Below are positions 40,131 through 48,418 of a stretch of DNA of 64,000 bases, piece by piece. This stretch comes from Pseudomonadota bacterium (GTDB lineage: Bacteria; Pseudomonadota; Alphaproteobacteria; Micavibrionales; CSBR16-224), in the NCBI GenBank assembly GCA_013285465.1, contig CP053449.1, positions 192,870-256,869 of the forward strand. The letters run 5' to 3'. The stretch's first letter is position 1. Each line of letters starts with the position of its first letter. Under the pieces are notes generated by a model. It saw only the letters and a list, made by a program, of their open reading frames with translations. It was not told the origin of the DNA and ran no database searches. The position numbers and the translations under genes were made by a program.

Positions 40131-40333
40131 CGGATGCGCGCAAGGCTGCGCGTTTTTGTCTTGGTGCGCTGGGGTGGACGCCGCAGGTTTTCCGCTGCGA
40201 GGCCGTATTGCAGGATATTATTGACGCGTTGGAAGGTTATGCGCTTTATCGGCTCGGCACGGATACGGCGGAGATGCGTTTGCCGCCTTCCGCCGCGTTT
40301 TTGAACGAGATGACGGCGCAGTTCCCCGATTGA
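40127..40333 (+). CDS. second tail assembly chaperone ORF, RcGTA g10.1-like
   Basis: GTG 40127 overlaps the TGA of the previous ORF (GTGA) and lies in its -1 frame. VTDARKAARFCLGALGWTPQVFRCEAVLQDIIDALEG resembles the G-L..LGL.P..FW.LTP.EL signature of the small GTA chaperone. Confidence 0.45.
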   Translation: MTDARKAARFCLGALGWTPQVFRCEAVLQDIIDALEGYALYRLGTDTAEMRLPPSAAFLNEMTAQFPD

Positions 40334-40334
40334 T

Positions 40335-41774
40335 ATGGACAAAAAAGAACGCGCCATCCGGCAAAGGCTGAAGGATGATTTCATTCATTACGCGGAAAAA
40401 TGCCTGAAAATCCGCTTGAAAACCGGCGGGGTTGCGCCGCTGATACTGAACCCTGCGCAGCGTTATATTCATGAGATGCTGGAGCGGCAGAAACGGGAAA
40501 CAGGACGCGTTCGTGCGCTGGTCTTGAAGGGGCGGCAGCAGGGATGTTCGACTTATGTCGCGGCGCGGTTTTACTGGCAGTTGACGCATCGGCGCGGTGC
40601 AAGCGGTTTTGTGTTGACCCATTTGGAGGCGGCATCGAAAAATATTTACAAGATTTTGCGCCGTTTTCACAAATTCTGTCCTGTCCTTGTGCGCCCTGAG
40701 GCGACGGCGGAGAATATGCAGGAGATGGTCTTCGGCAATCTGGAGACGGCCTACCGGATAGGAAGCGCGGGTTCGGCAGGAGTCGGGCGGTCGGACAGTC
40801 TGCAATATTTTCACGGATCGGAAGTGGCGTATTGGCCGCAAGCGACCACGCATATGGCGGGTATTTTGCAGGCCGTACCTGATCTGGCGGAGACGGAGAT
40901 TATCCTTGAAAGTACATCAGGGGGGGCGGAAGGACTATTTTATAAAATGTGCATGGCGGCGCAAAATGGCGAGATTCCTTATCAGCTGATTTTTGTGCCG
41001 TGGTTCTGGCAACCGGAATATGCGCTGGCTTTGCCGGAGGGCGTATTGGAGCTGACGGCGGAGGAAAAGGATATCAGCACGCATTATGATTTAACGCCGC
41101 AGCAGATTTATTGGCGGCGGATGCGGATCGGCGAGCTGGGGGGCGTTTGGGCGTTTCGCCGTGAATATCCTGCAACGGTGGAGGAGGCCTTTCATGCGGA
41201 TCGCCCCGGTGCGCTCTGGACGCGGGCGATGCTGGAAAAAAACCGTGTACAGGCGGCGCAAATTCCGCCGCTGTCGCGGATTGTCATTGCCATTGATCCT
41301 GCTGTGACCAGCAAAGAGGGCAGTGATGAAACCGGCATCATCGTCGCAGGTCTGGGTGAGGACGGGCATGGTTATGTATTGGAGGATTTAAGCGGCAGAT
41401 ACAGCCCGCGGCAATGGGCACAAAAAACCGTGGCGGCGTTTTGCCGTTATAAGGCCGACCGTATTGTCGCGGAAGTAAATCAAGGCGGGGATATGGTGAC
41501 GGCGGTTTTAAAAACATGTGATCCGCATATCCCTGTGAAAACGGTACGTGCCAGCCGCGGGAAATATGCCCGCGCCGAGCCCGTCGCAGCACTGGACGAG
41601 GCGGGGCAGGTGCATCATGCGGGTGTGCTGGGGATGCTGGAAGACCAGATGTGCGCATTTCTTCCCGGCGGCAGTACAGCTGCGGGCCAAAGCCCTGACC
41701 GTGTTGATGCCCGCGTCTGGGCAATCAGTGAGCTGATGCTGGGACGGAAAACGGATGGCCCGCAACTGTGGTGA
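40335..41774 (+). CDS. terminase large subunit
   Basis: Walker A-like VLKGRQQGCSTY in the N-terminal ATPase. The C-terminal nuclease half IVIAIDPAVTSKEGSDETGIIVAG...DRIVAEVNQGGDMV...ASRGKYARAEPVAAL is typical of GTA/HK97-type TerL. Confidence 0.88.
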   Translation: MDKKERAIRQRLKDDFIHYAEKCLKIRLKTGGVAPLILNPAQRYIHEMLERQKRETGRVRALVLKGRQQGCSTYVAARFYWQLTHRRGASGFVLTHLEAASKNIYKILRRFHKFCPVLVRPEATAENMQEMVFGNLETAYRIGSAGSAGVGRSDSLQYFHGSEVAYWPQATTHMAGILQAVPDLAETEIILESTSGGAEGLFYKMCMAAQNGEIPYQLIFVPWFWQPEYALALPEGVLELTAEEKDISTHYDLTPQQIYWRRMRIGELGGVWAFRREYPATVEEAFHADRPGALWTRAMLEKNRVQAAQIPPLSRIVIAIDPAVTSKEGSDETGIIVAGLGEDGHGYVLEDLSGRYSPRQWAQKTVAAFCRYKADRIVAEVNQGGDMVTAVLKTCDPHIPVKTVRASRGKYARAEPVAALDEAGQVHHAGVLGMLEDQMCAFLPGGSTAAGQSPDRVDARVWAISELMLGRKTDGPQLW

Positions 41775-41804
41775 AAATTCAAAAACGCAATAAATTGGAT
41801 AAAA

Positions 41805-41859
41805 AATTGCTAAAATGTAAATTTTTATCTTGACAATGCGGGAACAAAAGCAGTAAGCT
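41805..41859 (+). promoter_or_regulatory. island promoter module copy B (upstream of portal)
   Basis: AATTGCTAAAATGTAAATTTTTATC, TTGACA (41830-41835), ATGCGGGAA..., then TAAGCT (41854-41859; 18-nt spacer). Shares TGTAAATTTT..AT.TTGACA...CGGGAA with copy A. Confidence 0.55.
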
Positions 41860-41889
41860 TATTTCATCATCACAAATTCTTCTTTGCAG

Positions 41890-41924
41890 CGGCTTTTCGA
41901 CAGAAAGGCCGTTTTTGTTTTTTC
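41890..41924 (+). terminator. intrinsic terminator inside the portal leader, ~30 nt downstream of promoter copy B
   Basis: Stem CGGCTTTTC / GAAAGGCCG (one G-U pair), loop GACA, then TTTTTGTTTTTT. It lies between the promoter and the portal RBS (AAAGGA). Confidence 0.65.
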
Positions 41925-41949
41925 TACTTTTTGAAAAGGACAATACATC

Positions 41950-43191
41950 ATGGGATTGAAACACCGGATGACCGGTTTCTTTGGAGGCGGCAAAAATGCG
42001 GCGGAACAAAAAACAAGTGCGGCGGCACCGCTGCTGGTACAGTTTGGTACGGGACAGCCGCGCTTTACGCCGCGCCGTTATGACAGACTGGCGGAAGAGG
42101 GATTCCGCAAGAACGTCATTGCCTATCGCTGTATTCGTTTGATCGCACAGAATGCCGCGGCTGTGCCCTGGTCATTATACCAAGGGCATCAGGGCAACCG
42201 GGTCAAGCTGCATGATCATCCGCTGTTGTCTTTGATCAATCGTCCAAATCCGATGCAGGGGCGCGGCGAATTGATGGAAGCTTTATGCGGTTTCTTTATG
42301 ATTGCCGGTAATGCGTGGCTGGAGGCTGTCGGTCCGTCCGGCGAAACACCGCATGAGCTGTGGGCGCTTCGCCCTGACAGGATGACAATTGTGCCGGGAC
42401 GTGACGGTACGCCGGACGCCTATCGTTACAGCACGGGAGGTCAAAAAATAGACTTTAAAGTCGATCGCGTGACAGGGCGTGCGGCGGTGCTGCATTTGAA
42501 AAACTTTCATCCGCTGGATGACTGGTACGGGATGAGTCCGCTGGAAGCGGCGGCATTCAGTATTGACCAGCATAATGCGGCGGCGAAATGGAATACGGCT
42601 TTGCTGCAGAATTGCGGGCGTCCCGGCGGCGCATTGGTTTACAATCCGCCGCATGCCGACGGGCCGGATACGCTGACGGCAGAACAGCGGCAGGTTTTGA
42701 AAGACGATCTGGAGCGTCATTACAGCGGCGGTGATAATGCCGGACGGCCTCTGGTACTGGAAGGCGGGCTGGACTGGAAAGAAATGTCGCTGAGCCCGAA
42801 AGATATGGACTGGCTGGCGGGCAAGGATATGGCGGCGCGGGAAATTGCGCTGGCCTATAATGTGCCGCCGCAGCTGGTCGGGGTGGAGGGGTCACTGACC
42901 TATGCCAATTTCGAACAGGCGCGGCTGGCTTTATATGATGATGCCGTGCTGCCGCTATTGGCGCATATGCGGGACGAGCTGAATAACTGGCTGGTGCCGC
43001 AATTCGGCGCTGATTTGAAAATGGATTTCGATCTTGATGCTGTGGAGGCACTGGCGCCGCGCAGGGAAAAGATCTGGTCGCGCCTGAATAACGCCTCCTT
43101 TATGACGGTGAATGAGAAACGTGCGGCGCTTGGGTTATCTCCTCTGCCGGATGGGGACTGTCTGGAAATGCAATCAGAGCCCGCGTCCTGA
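41950..43191 (+). CDS. phage portal protein, HK97 family (g3-like)
   Basis: 413 aa. IAYRCIRLIAQNAAAVPWSLYQG...HPLLSLINRPNP...AGNAWLEAV and SPKDMDWLAGKDMAAREIALAYNVPPQLVG. Confidence 0.9.
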   Translation: MGLKHRMTGFFGGGKNAAEQKTSAAAPLLVQFGTGQPRFTPRRYDRLAEEGFRKNVIAYRCIRLIAQNAAAVPWSLYQGHQGNRVKLHDHPLLSLINRPNPMQGRGELMEALCGFFMIAGNAWLEAVGPSGETPHELWALRPDRMTIVPGRDGTPDAYRYSTGGQKIDFKVDRVTGRAAVLHLKNFHPLDDWYGMSPLEAAAFSIDQHNAAAKWNTALLQNCGRPGGALVYNPPHADGPDTLTAEQRQVLKDDLERHYSGGDNAGRPLVLEGGLDWKEMSLSPKDMDWLAGKDMAAREIALAYNVPPQLVGVEGSLTYANFEQARLALYDDAVLPLLAHMRDELNNWLVPQFGADLKMDFDLDAVEALAPRREKIWSRLNNASFMTVNEKRAALGLSPLPDGDCLEMQSEPAS

Positions 43192-43273
43192 CCCCTGCAA
43201 GAACTTGCAGTTGTATGCAGGTAAGGGATTATGTAGTTTCTTGGCAGATCAACGCGAACGGGGATGAGAAAAT

Positions 43274-43603
43274 ATGCACAAGACAGCACAAAAACATATC
43301 CGTCTTGATATCGGCAAAACCCGCTTTCTGGTGCGGCTGAGAATGCCGCTGGTCTGCCAGATTGAAGATGAAATCGGCGGGCTGCCGCTAATTCTGGCGA
43401 ATTTGCGCAGCCAGAACTGGAAACTGGCGGATCTGGTTGCGCTGGTTCATATCATGCTGGCCGAGGAAGGAACATCATATGATTACCATGAGCTGGGCAA
43501 TCATATCCTTTCGGCGGGAACGGGATATTATCACGGCAAGGTGACGGAGTTTTTGGAATTGTGTCTCGCCGATCTTCCGCAGTTTGCTGCCGGTCACGCT
43601 TAA
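43274..43603 (+). CDS. tail assembly chaperone, RcGTA g10-like (paralogue 2)
   Basis: FLVRLRMPLVCQIEDEIGGLPLILANLRSQNWKLADLVALVHIMLAEEG aligns position-for-position with paralogue 1 and with the g10 pattern. It directly precedes the tape-measure gene. Confidence 0.45.
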   Translation: MHKTAQKHIRLDIGKTRFLVRLRMPLVCQIEDEIGGLPLILANLRSQNWKLADLVALVHIMLAEEGTSYDYHELGNHILSAGTGYYHGKVTEFLELCLADLPQFAAGHA

Positions 43604-43621
43604 CGTCAAAAGGATCGTATC

Positions 43622-44374
43622 ATGAAAGAAGCAGAGGACAGTGTCCGCCTGGTGCGGGACGCGTTGCAGGATTATATCCATAGTCAGATTGTTGTGCCGC
43701 TGGAAAGTGATCAGAGCCTGCGCAATAAGGTGATGCGTGATTTACGCAGCCGCGCACAGACAGTCAATGAGACAGGGCGGCAGATGAGCGTCTTGAATGA
43801 TGCAATGACGGATGTGTCGCGGCGCGGTATCAAAAATCTGACCGATGGTTTGTTTTCGCTGTCAAAAAACGCCAGTGCGACGCAAAAGGCGCTGCATAAG
43901 GAATTATCGTCTTTGACGCGGGATTTGTTGAACGGCATTCTTGCACAGATCCGTGCGGCGGGAACACGGGGCATTGTGAATGCACCGGCAGAGACCGGCG
44001 GCGGATTACTTTCAGGCATATTTGAATGGGCGGGAGGGCTGCTCGGTTTTCGTGCGGGCGGCGGTTCGGTGATGCCGGGGCAGGCTTTTGTGGTCGGTGA
44101 AAAAGGCCCTGAATTGCTTGTGACGGGGCGGACATCGGGCACGGTCATTCCCAATGGTGGTGTTTCCGGCGGTGCGGCAGCGGTAAATGTGACAGTGATT
44201 AATAATGCCGGTGCGGAAGTGTCTGTGCGTGAAAGGCCGTCACGGGGCGGTGGTCGCGAGTTGGAAATTATGGTCGATGCGCTGGTGGCGAAATCCATCA
44301 GTCAAAGCGGGTCGAAAGCCTTTCAGGCGATGGAGGCGACTTATGGTCTGCGTCCGGTGTTAAACGGCAGATAA
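43622..44374 (+). CDS. short tail tape measure protein (g11-like), in a non-canonical position
   Basis: 250 aa. Helical N-terminal half, then GFRAGGGSVMPGQAFVVGEKGPELLVTGRTSGTVIPNG, the G-ExGPE motif of alphaproteobacterial phage/GTA tape measures. Confidence 0.6.
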   Translation: MKEAEDSVRLVRDALQDYIHSQIVVPLESDQSLRNKVMRDLRSRAQTVNETGRQMSVLNDAMTDVSRRGIKNLTDGLFSLSKNASATQKALHKELSSLTRDLLNGILAQIRAAGTRGIVNAPAETGGGLLSGIFEWAGGLLGFRAGGGSVMPGQAFVVGEKGPELLVTGRTSGTVIPNGGVSGGAAAVNVTVINNAGAEVSVRERPSRGGGRELEIMVDALVAKSISQSGSKAFQAMEATYGLRPVLNGR

Positions 44375-44384
44375 GGAAAAAATC

Positions 44385-45077
44385 ATGACAGGTCAGTTTT
44401 TGCAGGCGGCTTTCGGGATCGAGAAAGCCGGAGAGACAGGTGTGTTCGAAGGATATGCCTCCGTCTTTGATGAAATCGATAATGTAAAAGACCGTGTCGC
44501 ATCGGGAGCATTCCGTGCGTCATTGGAAACGCACCGCCGTCAGGGGCGTATGCCGCCGCTGTTGTGGCAGCATGATATGCGTGAACCTGTCGGTGTGTTG
44601 AAGGAAGTTTATGAAGATAAAAAAGGTCTGCGTATTCGCGGGCAGCTTTTTATTGAGGATATTCCGCGTGCCCGTCAGGCGCACCGCTTGATGAAAGAAA
44701 ACGGATTATCGGGGTTATCAATCGGTTTCCGTGCGGCGGAATCCGCTTTTGATCCGGGCACAGGTGTGCGGACATTGCTGAAAATCGATCTGATGGAAAT
44801 TTCGCTGGTGACCTTCCCTGCGCTGGACAGCGCACGGGTCGCCGGTGTGAAGGCGGCTCTGCAATCCGGCAATATGCCGCCTGTCAGGGCGTTTGAGGGT
44901 TTCCTGCGCGATGCAGGATTTAGCCGGAAACAGGCTAAGGGCATTATTGCCTGCGGCTATCATGGCTTGAAAACAGCGCCGCGCGATGCGGCGGAAGATG
45001 TAAATGACGGGGGTTCCGCTGAAGAGGCAGATATTTTGCTGAATTTGGCAGACCGTCTGCGGGAACTCGCGCTGTAG
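44385..45077 (+). CDS. HK97-family prohead protease (g4-like)
   Basis: FEGYASVFDEIDNVKDRVASGAFRASL...PPLLWQHDMREPVGV...GLSIGF...ISLVTFPA. Confidence 0.9.
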   Translation: MTGQFLQAAFGIEKAGETGVFEGYASVFDEIDNVKDRVASGAFRASLETHRRQGRMPPLLWQHDMREPVGVLKEVYEDKKGLRIRGQLFIEDIPRARQAHRLMKENGLSGLSIGFRAAESAFDPGTGVRTLLKIDLMEISLVTFPALDSARVAGVKAALQSGNMPPVRAFEGFLRDAGFSRKQAKGIIACGYHGLKTAPRDAAEDVNDGGSAEEADILLNLADRLRELAL

Positions 45078-45123
45078 AATTTATCTTTGAAATTTTTTCT
45101 TTGAACAATGAAAGGAATGCATC

Positions 45124-46419
45124 ATGCGTCAAGATGTTAAAAACGCTGTCGGCGAGCTTGAAAAAGCTTTCGCCGATTTTAAACAGGTGAATGATATTCG
45201 TCTGAAGGAAATTGAGAATAAGGGCTCTGCCGATCCGTTGACGGATGTGAAAGTACAGCGCCTGAATCAGGAAATCAGCCGCGCGCAGGATGCCGCCATG
45301 ACGGCGAAGCAACGCGTAGATGTGCTGGAAACCGTGCTGAAACGTGCGCCTGTCGGCGGCAATACGGGCGGCGAATATGAGGAGGCCTGCCGCTTTGCGC
45401 TGGAATTGAAGGGCAATTGGCCTGCCGATGGCGGCGATGTGGAACAGTATCGCAGCTATAAAAAAGCCTTCCGCAATTATCTGCGTAAAAACAATGCCGG
45501 ATCGGATATTGAAGAAATCAAGGCGCTTTCGGCAGGGTCTGACCCTGACGGCGGTTATCTTGTGACGCCCGATATTTCCGGACGTATTGTGCAGTTGGTC
45601 AATGAAACCTCGCCTATGCGTCAGGTGGCCAATATCGTGACCATCGGTACGGACCGTCTGGAAGGAACGCGCGATCTTGACGAGGTGACGACAGGCTGGG
45701 TTGCGGAAACGGATGCGCGGACGGAAACCGACACCCCGCAGATCGGTCAATATGCCATTCCTGTGCATGAGCAATATGCGGAGCCGCGTGCAACGCAGCG
45801 TCTGCTGGATGATGCCATGTTCAATATCGAGGAATGGCTTGCCGCAAAAATTGCCGACAAGTTTTCCCGTATGGAAAACACGGCCTTTGTCAGCGGTGAC
45901 GGTACGGGCAAACCAAAAGGTTTCCTGACCTATGCCGCCGGTGTTCCGGACAGCACGACCTTTAACGTGATTGAGCAGGTTGTCAGCGGTGCAGCGGGGG
46001 CATTTGCCGCCAGTAATCCGGGTGATGCGCTGATCAATCTGATCTACAGCTTGAAAGGCGTTTATCGCAGCAATGCCGTTTTCATGATGAAACGTGCGAC
46101 GCTGGCGGAAGTGCGCAAGCTGAAAGATACGGATGGCAATTATATCTATAACCCCGATATGCAGAACAAGACCGGCGGCACGCTGTTCGGTTTCCCTGTT
46201 GTCGAGGCGGAAGATATGCCGGCACTGGCGGCTGACAGTCTGTCGATTGCCTTTGGTGACTTTAATGCCGGTTACCAGATTGTTGATCGTCAGGGGCTGC
46301 ATATTCTGCGTGACAATCTGACAGCCAAGCCTTTCGTCAAATTCTATACGACGAAACGTGTCGGCGGTGATGTTGTGAATTTCGAAGCCATTAAACTGAT
46401 GAAATTCGCGGCTGTCTAA
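45124..46419 (+). CDS. HK97-family major capsid protein (g5-like)
   Basis: 431 aa. N-terminal coiled delta-like region, then DPDGGYLVTPDISGRIV, TGKPKGFL, and a YNPDMQNKTGGTLFGFPVVEAEDMP C-terminal half. Confidence 0.92.
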   Translation: MRQDVKNAVGELEKAFADFKQVNDIRLKEIENKGSADPLTDVKVQRLNQEISRAQDAAMTAKQRVDVLETVLKRAPVGGNTGGEYEEACRFALELKGNWPADGGDVEQYRSYKKAFRNYLRKNNAGSDIEEIKALSAGSDPDGGYLVTPDISGRIVQLVNETSPMRQVANIVTIGTDRLEGTRDLDEVTTGWVAETDARTETDTPQIGQYAIPVHEQYAEPRATQRLLDDAMFNIEEWLAAKIADKFSRMENTAFVSGDGTGKPKGFLTYAAGVPDSTTFNVIEQVVSGAAGAFAASNPGDALINLIYSLKGVYRSNAVFMMKRATLAEVRKLKDTDGNYIYNPDMQNKTGGTLFGFPVVEAEDMPALAADSLSIAFGDFNAGYQIVDRQGLHILRDNLTAKPFVKFYTTKRVGGDVVNFEAIKLMKFAAV

Positions 46420-46439
46420 GAACCGCGGCATATCCCACG

Positions 46440-46477
46440 GACGGGGGCGGCTTGATGTCGCCTCCGTCTCTTCTTTC
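46440..46477 (+). terminator. hairpin with a weak T-tract just after the capsid gene (possible partial terminator)
   Basis: Stem GACGGGGGCG / CGCCTCCGTC (one G-U pair), 9-nt loop, then TCTTCTTTC. Confidence 0.3.
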
Positions 46478-46496
46478 GATGTACAGGAGCTGATTT

Positions 46497-46673
46497 ATGA
46501 CGGTCAAAATAAAAGTCATCAAACCTTTCACTTTCGCTTATGACGGGATCAAGCCCGTACATTATGCGCCCGGCGAACACAGCGTCTCGCAGCGTTGCGC
46601 CGAAGTTGCCATTGCGGAAGGCTGGGCAAAAAAACAGCCCGCCAAAACAAAAAAGAAAGGCGGGAAAACATGA
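46497..46673 (+). CDS. small phage protein (58 aa), below the ORF-track cut-off
   Basis: Hand-translated: MTVKIKVIKPFTFAYDGIKPVHYAPGEHSVSQRCAEVAIAEGWAKKQPAKTKKKGGKT. AGGAG lies 7 nt upstream, and the stop overlaps the next start (ATGA). Confidence 0.5.
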   Translation: MTVKIKVIKPFTFAYDGIKPVHYAPGEHSVSQRCAEVAIAEGWAKKQPAKTKKKGGKT

Positions 46674-47251
46674 AAATGTCATTAATGCTGACGATACCGC
46701 CTGTCGCAGAGCCTGTTTCAACAGCGGAATTGCGTGATTATTTGCGCCTCGCTGCGGAGAGTGATGAAGCACTGTTATTTGAAATGATCAAAGCCGCACG
46801 CGGTATTTGCGAGGCTTTTACGGGACGCTGTTTTATCGCACAGGGCTATTCGTCATTTCTGGATGTCTTTCCGCAGGCGGGCGAACTTGGTTTTTCGCGT
46901 CTGCCGTTACTATCGCTGGATTTTGTAAAAATTCATACACCCGACGGTACTGTTGCGGAAGATGATTTGGGGAAATATGAAACGGATATTTCCGACGGGC
47001 GTATTGCCTTGAAAAACGGTGCTCTGCCGCCGCAATCCGCAAAACAGCACGGCGGTATTGAAATCGGTTTCACCGCCGGATATGGCGCGGAAGCAACGGA
47101 GGTGCCGTCCGCTTTGCGGCAGGCGGTGCTGCGGGTGGCGGCGGATTTGTATGAAAAGCGGGGCGATATGCAGTCCCCTTCCGGCAGTGTGATCCTGCGC
47201 AGCGGGGCGGCAGGGTTACTGCAGCCTTTCCGGGTTATGGGCGTGGAGTAA
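46670..47251 (+). CDS. head-tail connector (gp6-like; g6-like adaptor)
   Basis: MKMSLMLTIPPVAEPVSTAELRDYLRLAAESDEALLFEMIKAARGICEAFTGRCFIAQ is the classic gp6-like N-terminus. The start is trimmed from the track's 46595. Confidence 0.8.
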   Translation: MKMSLMLTIPPVAEPVSTAELRDYLRLAAESDEALLFEMIKAARGICEAFTGRCFIAQGYSSFLDVFPQAGELGFSRLPLLSLDFVKIHTPDGTVAEDDLGKYETDISDGRIALKNGALPPQSAKQHGGIEIGFTAGYGAEATEVPSALRQAVLRVAADLYEKRGDMQSPSGSVILRSGAAGLLQPFRVMGVE

Positions 47252-47256
47252 GGGCA

Positions 47257-47598
47257 ATGGATAAGGATATTATGATTGGCAGAATGACTCGTGCCATGAC
47301 TGTGGAATCGCCTGTTGTGAGTGCTGATGACGGCGGCGGTGCGGAGGTAATCTGGCAGGCTGTGGCGGAGAATTCTGTGATTGATGTGCAAAATCTGCAA
47401 GTAAAGGCAGCTGAAAAACTGCGGTTCTCACAGCTTTCCCGCCGGGTGACACATAAAATTGCTGCGCGCAACCATCCGGCACTCGTCACGGGGAACAGGC
47501 TTGTTGATGCAGAAGGTGCGGTCTACAGGATCACGGAAACAGAACAGGCTGACCGGCAGGGAGCCTATGCGGTTTGCTATCTGGAGCGCATGGTTTAG
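47257..47598 (+). CDS. head closure / head-tail joining protein (g7-like)
   Basis: 113 aa. MTRAMTVESPVVSADDGGGAEVIWQAVA...VTHKIAARNHPALVTGNRLVDAEGAVYRI. Confidence 0.75.
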   Translation: MDKDIMIGRMTRAMTVESPVVSADDGGGAEVIWQAVAENSVIDVQNLQVKAAEKLRFSQLSRRVTHKIAARNHPALVTGNRLVDAEGAVYRITETEQADRQGAYAVCYLERMV

Positions 47599-47601
47599 AT
47601 A

Positions 47602-48366
47602 TTATTCGCTGTCGCCGTCCGGTACGGTTTCTCCCTGATTGTCATCCGGAACGGTTTCCGGTTCCTGTGGGGAGGGAGCAGCTTGATCCGGGGCGACGGT
47701 TGCGATGTCCTGACCGGTTTCCGTGTTCCAGTGGATATGGGTCTGGGCAATATCTTCCCATTTTTTCTGTTTCCAGTTTTTGAGCGCTTCATCAGCTGCG
47801 GGACGGTTTTTGATCTCCATCTGCTTGTCGTAGATATGTTTTGCCAGTTTGTTTGCCGTACTGCGCATTCTGAGGGGAAGATCTCTGTCCCGCCCTGCCA
47901 GGCTGAGCCATTTATAGGAGTCTACCAGATCGGATTGCAGGCCGATTTTTTCGTCACCTGCGGCCAGTGCCATGCCGACGGCAAATTGTGCGACGGAGTT
48001 ATTGAGTTCTGCCGCTTTGCGGAACCATTCCAGTGCGGCTTTTTTATTTGCCTCGACACCCTGACCGCCGCTATAGAGCGCGGCAACGGAGACCATTGCC
48101 TCCGCATTGCCCTTTTGGGAGGATCTGAGGAAAAGGTCAAAGGCTTTTCCCGGGTCTTGCGGAACGCCGAGGCCGTCGGCATACATTTTGCCGAATAAAA
48201 GCAATGCGTCAGCATCGCCTTCCTGCGCGAGAGGGAGCAGAAATTGTGTCGCGGCAGCCCAGTTTTTTTGGTCGAATGCCGCTTTCCCGGCCGCAAAATC
48301 GGCACGGGCGGTGCCGGCGGATATAAAGACGCATAACGTAAAAGCAAGCAGGAATCTGTACAGCAT
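47602..48366 (-). CDS. secreted Sel1-like repeat (TPR-family) protein, antisense insertion in the head-tail module
   Basis: Signal peptide MLYRFLLAFTLCVFISAGTARA. Sel1 units GDADALLLFGKMYADGLGVPQDPGKAFDLFLRSSQKGNAEAMVSVAALYSGGQGVEANKKAALEWFRKAAE. Acidic P/E-rich tail. Confidence 0.85.
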   Translation of the reverse strand: MLYRFLLAFTLCVFISAGTARADFAAGKAAFDQKNWAAATQFLLPLAQEGDADALLLFGKMYADGLGVPQDPGKAFDLFLRSSQKGNAEAMVSVAALYSGGQGVEANKKAALEWFRKAAELNNSVAQFAVGMALAAGDEKIGLQSDLVDSYKWLSLAGRDRDLPLRMRSTANKLAKHIYDKQMEIKNRPAADEALKNWKQKKWEDIAQTHIHWNTETGQDIATVAPDQAAPSPQEPETVPDDNQGETVPDGDSE

Positions 48367-48389
48367 TTGAAAATCTCCTTTATGGGCAA

Positions 48390-48418
48390 AGGATAAAGGA
48401 TTTTTGCATTTGCATCAA
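48390..48418 (-). promoter_or_regulatory. putative sigma70-type promoter of the Sel1 gene
   Basis: On the minus strand: TTGATG, 17 nt, TATCCT. AAGGAG lies 8 nt before the ATG. Confidence 0.45.

Noticed and set aside
44944-46431. 495-aa minus-strand ORF spanning the capsid region
   Set aside because: It is exactly antisense to the well-supported HK97 major capsid gene, and its sequence is R/I/F/H-rich with no motifs. It is a shadow ORF typical of codon-biased genes.
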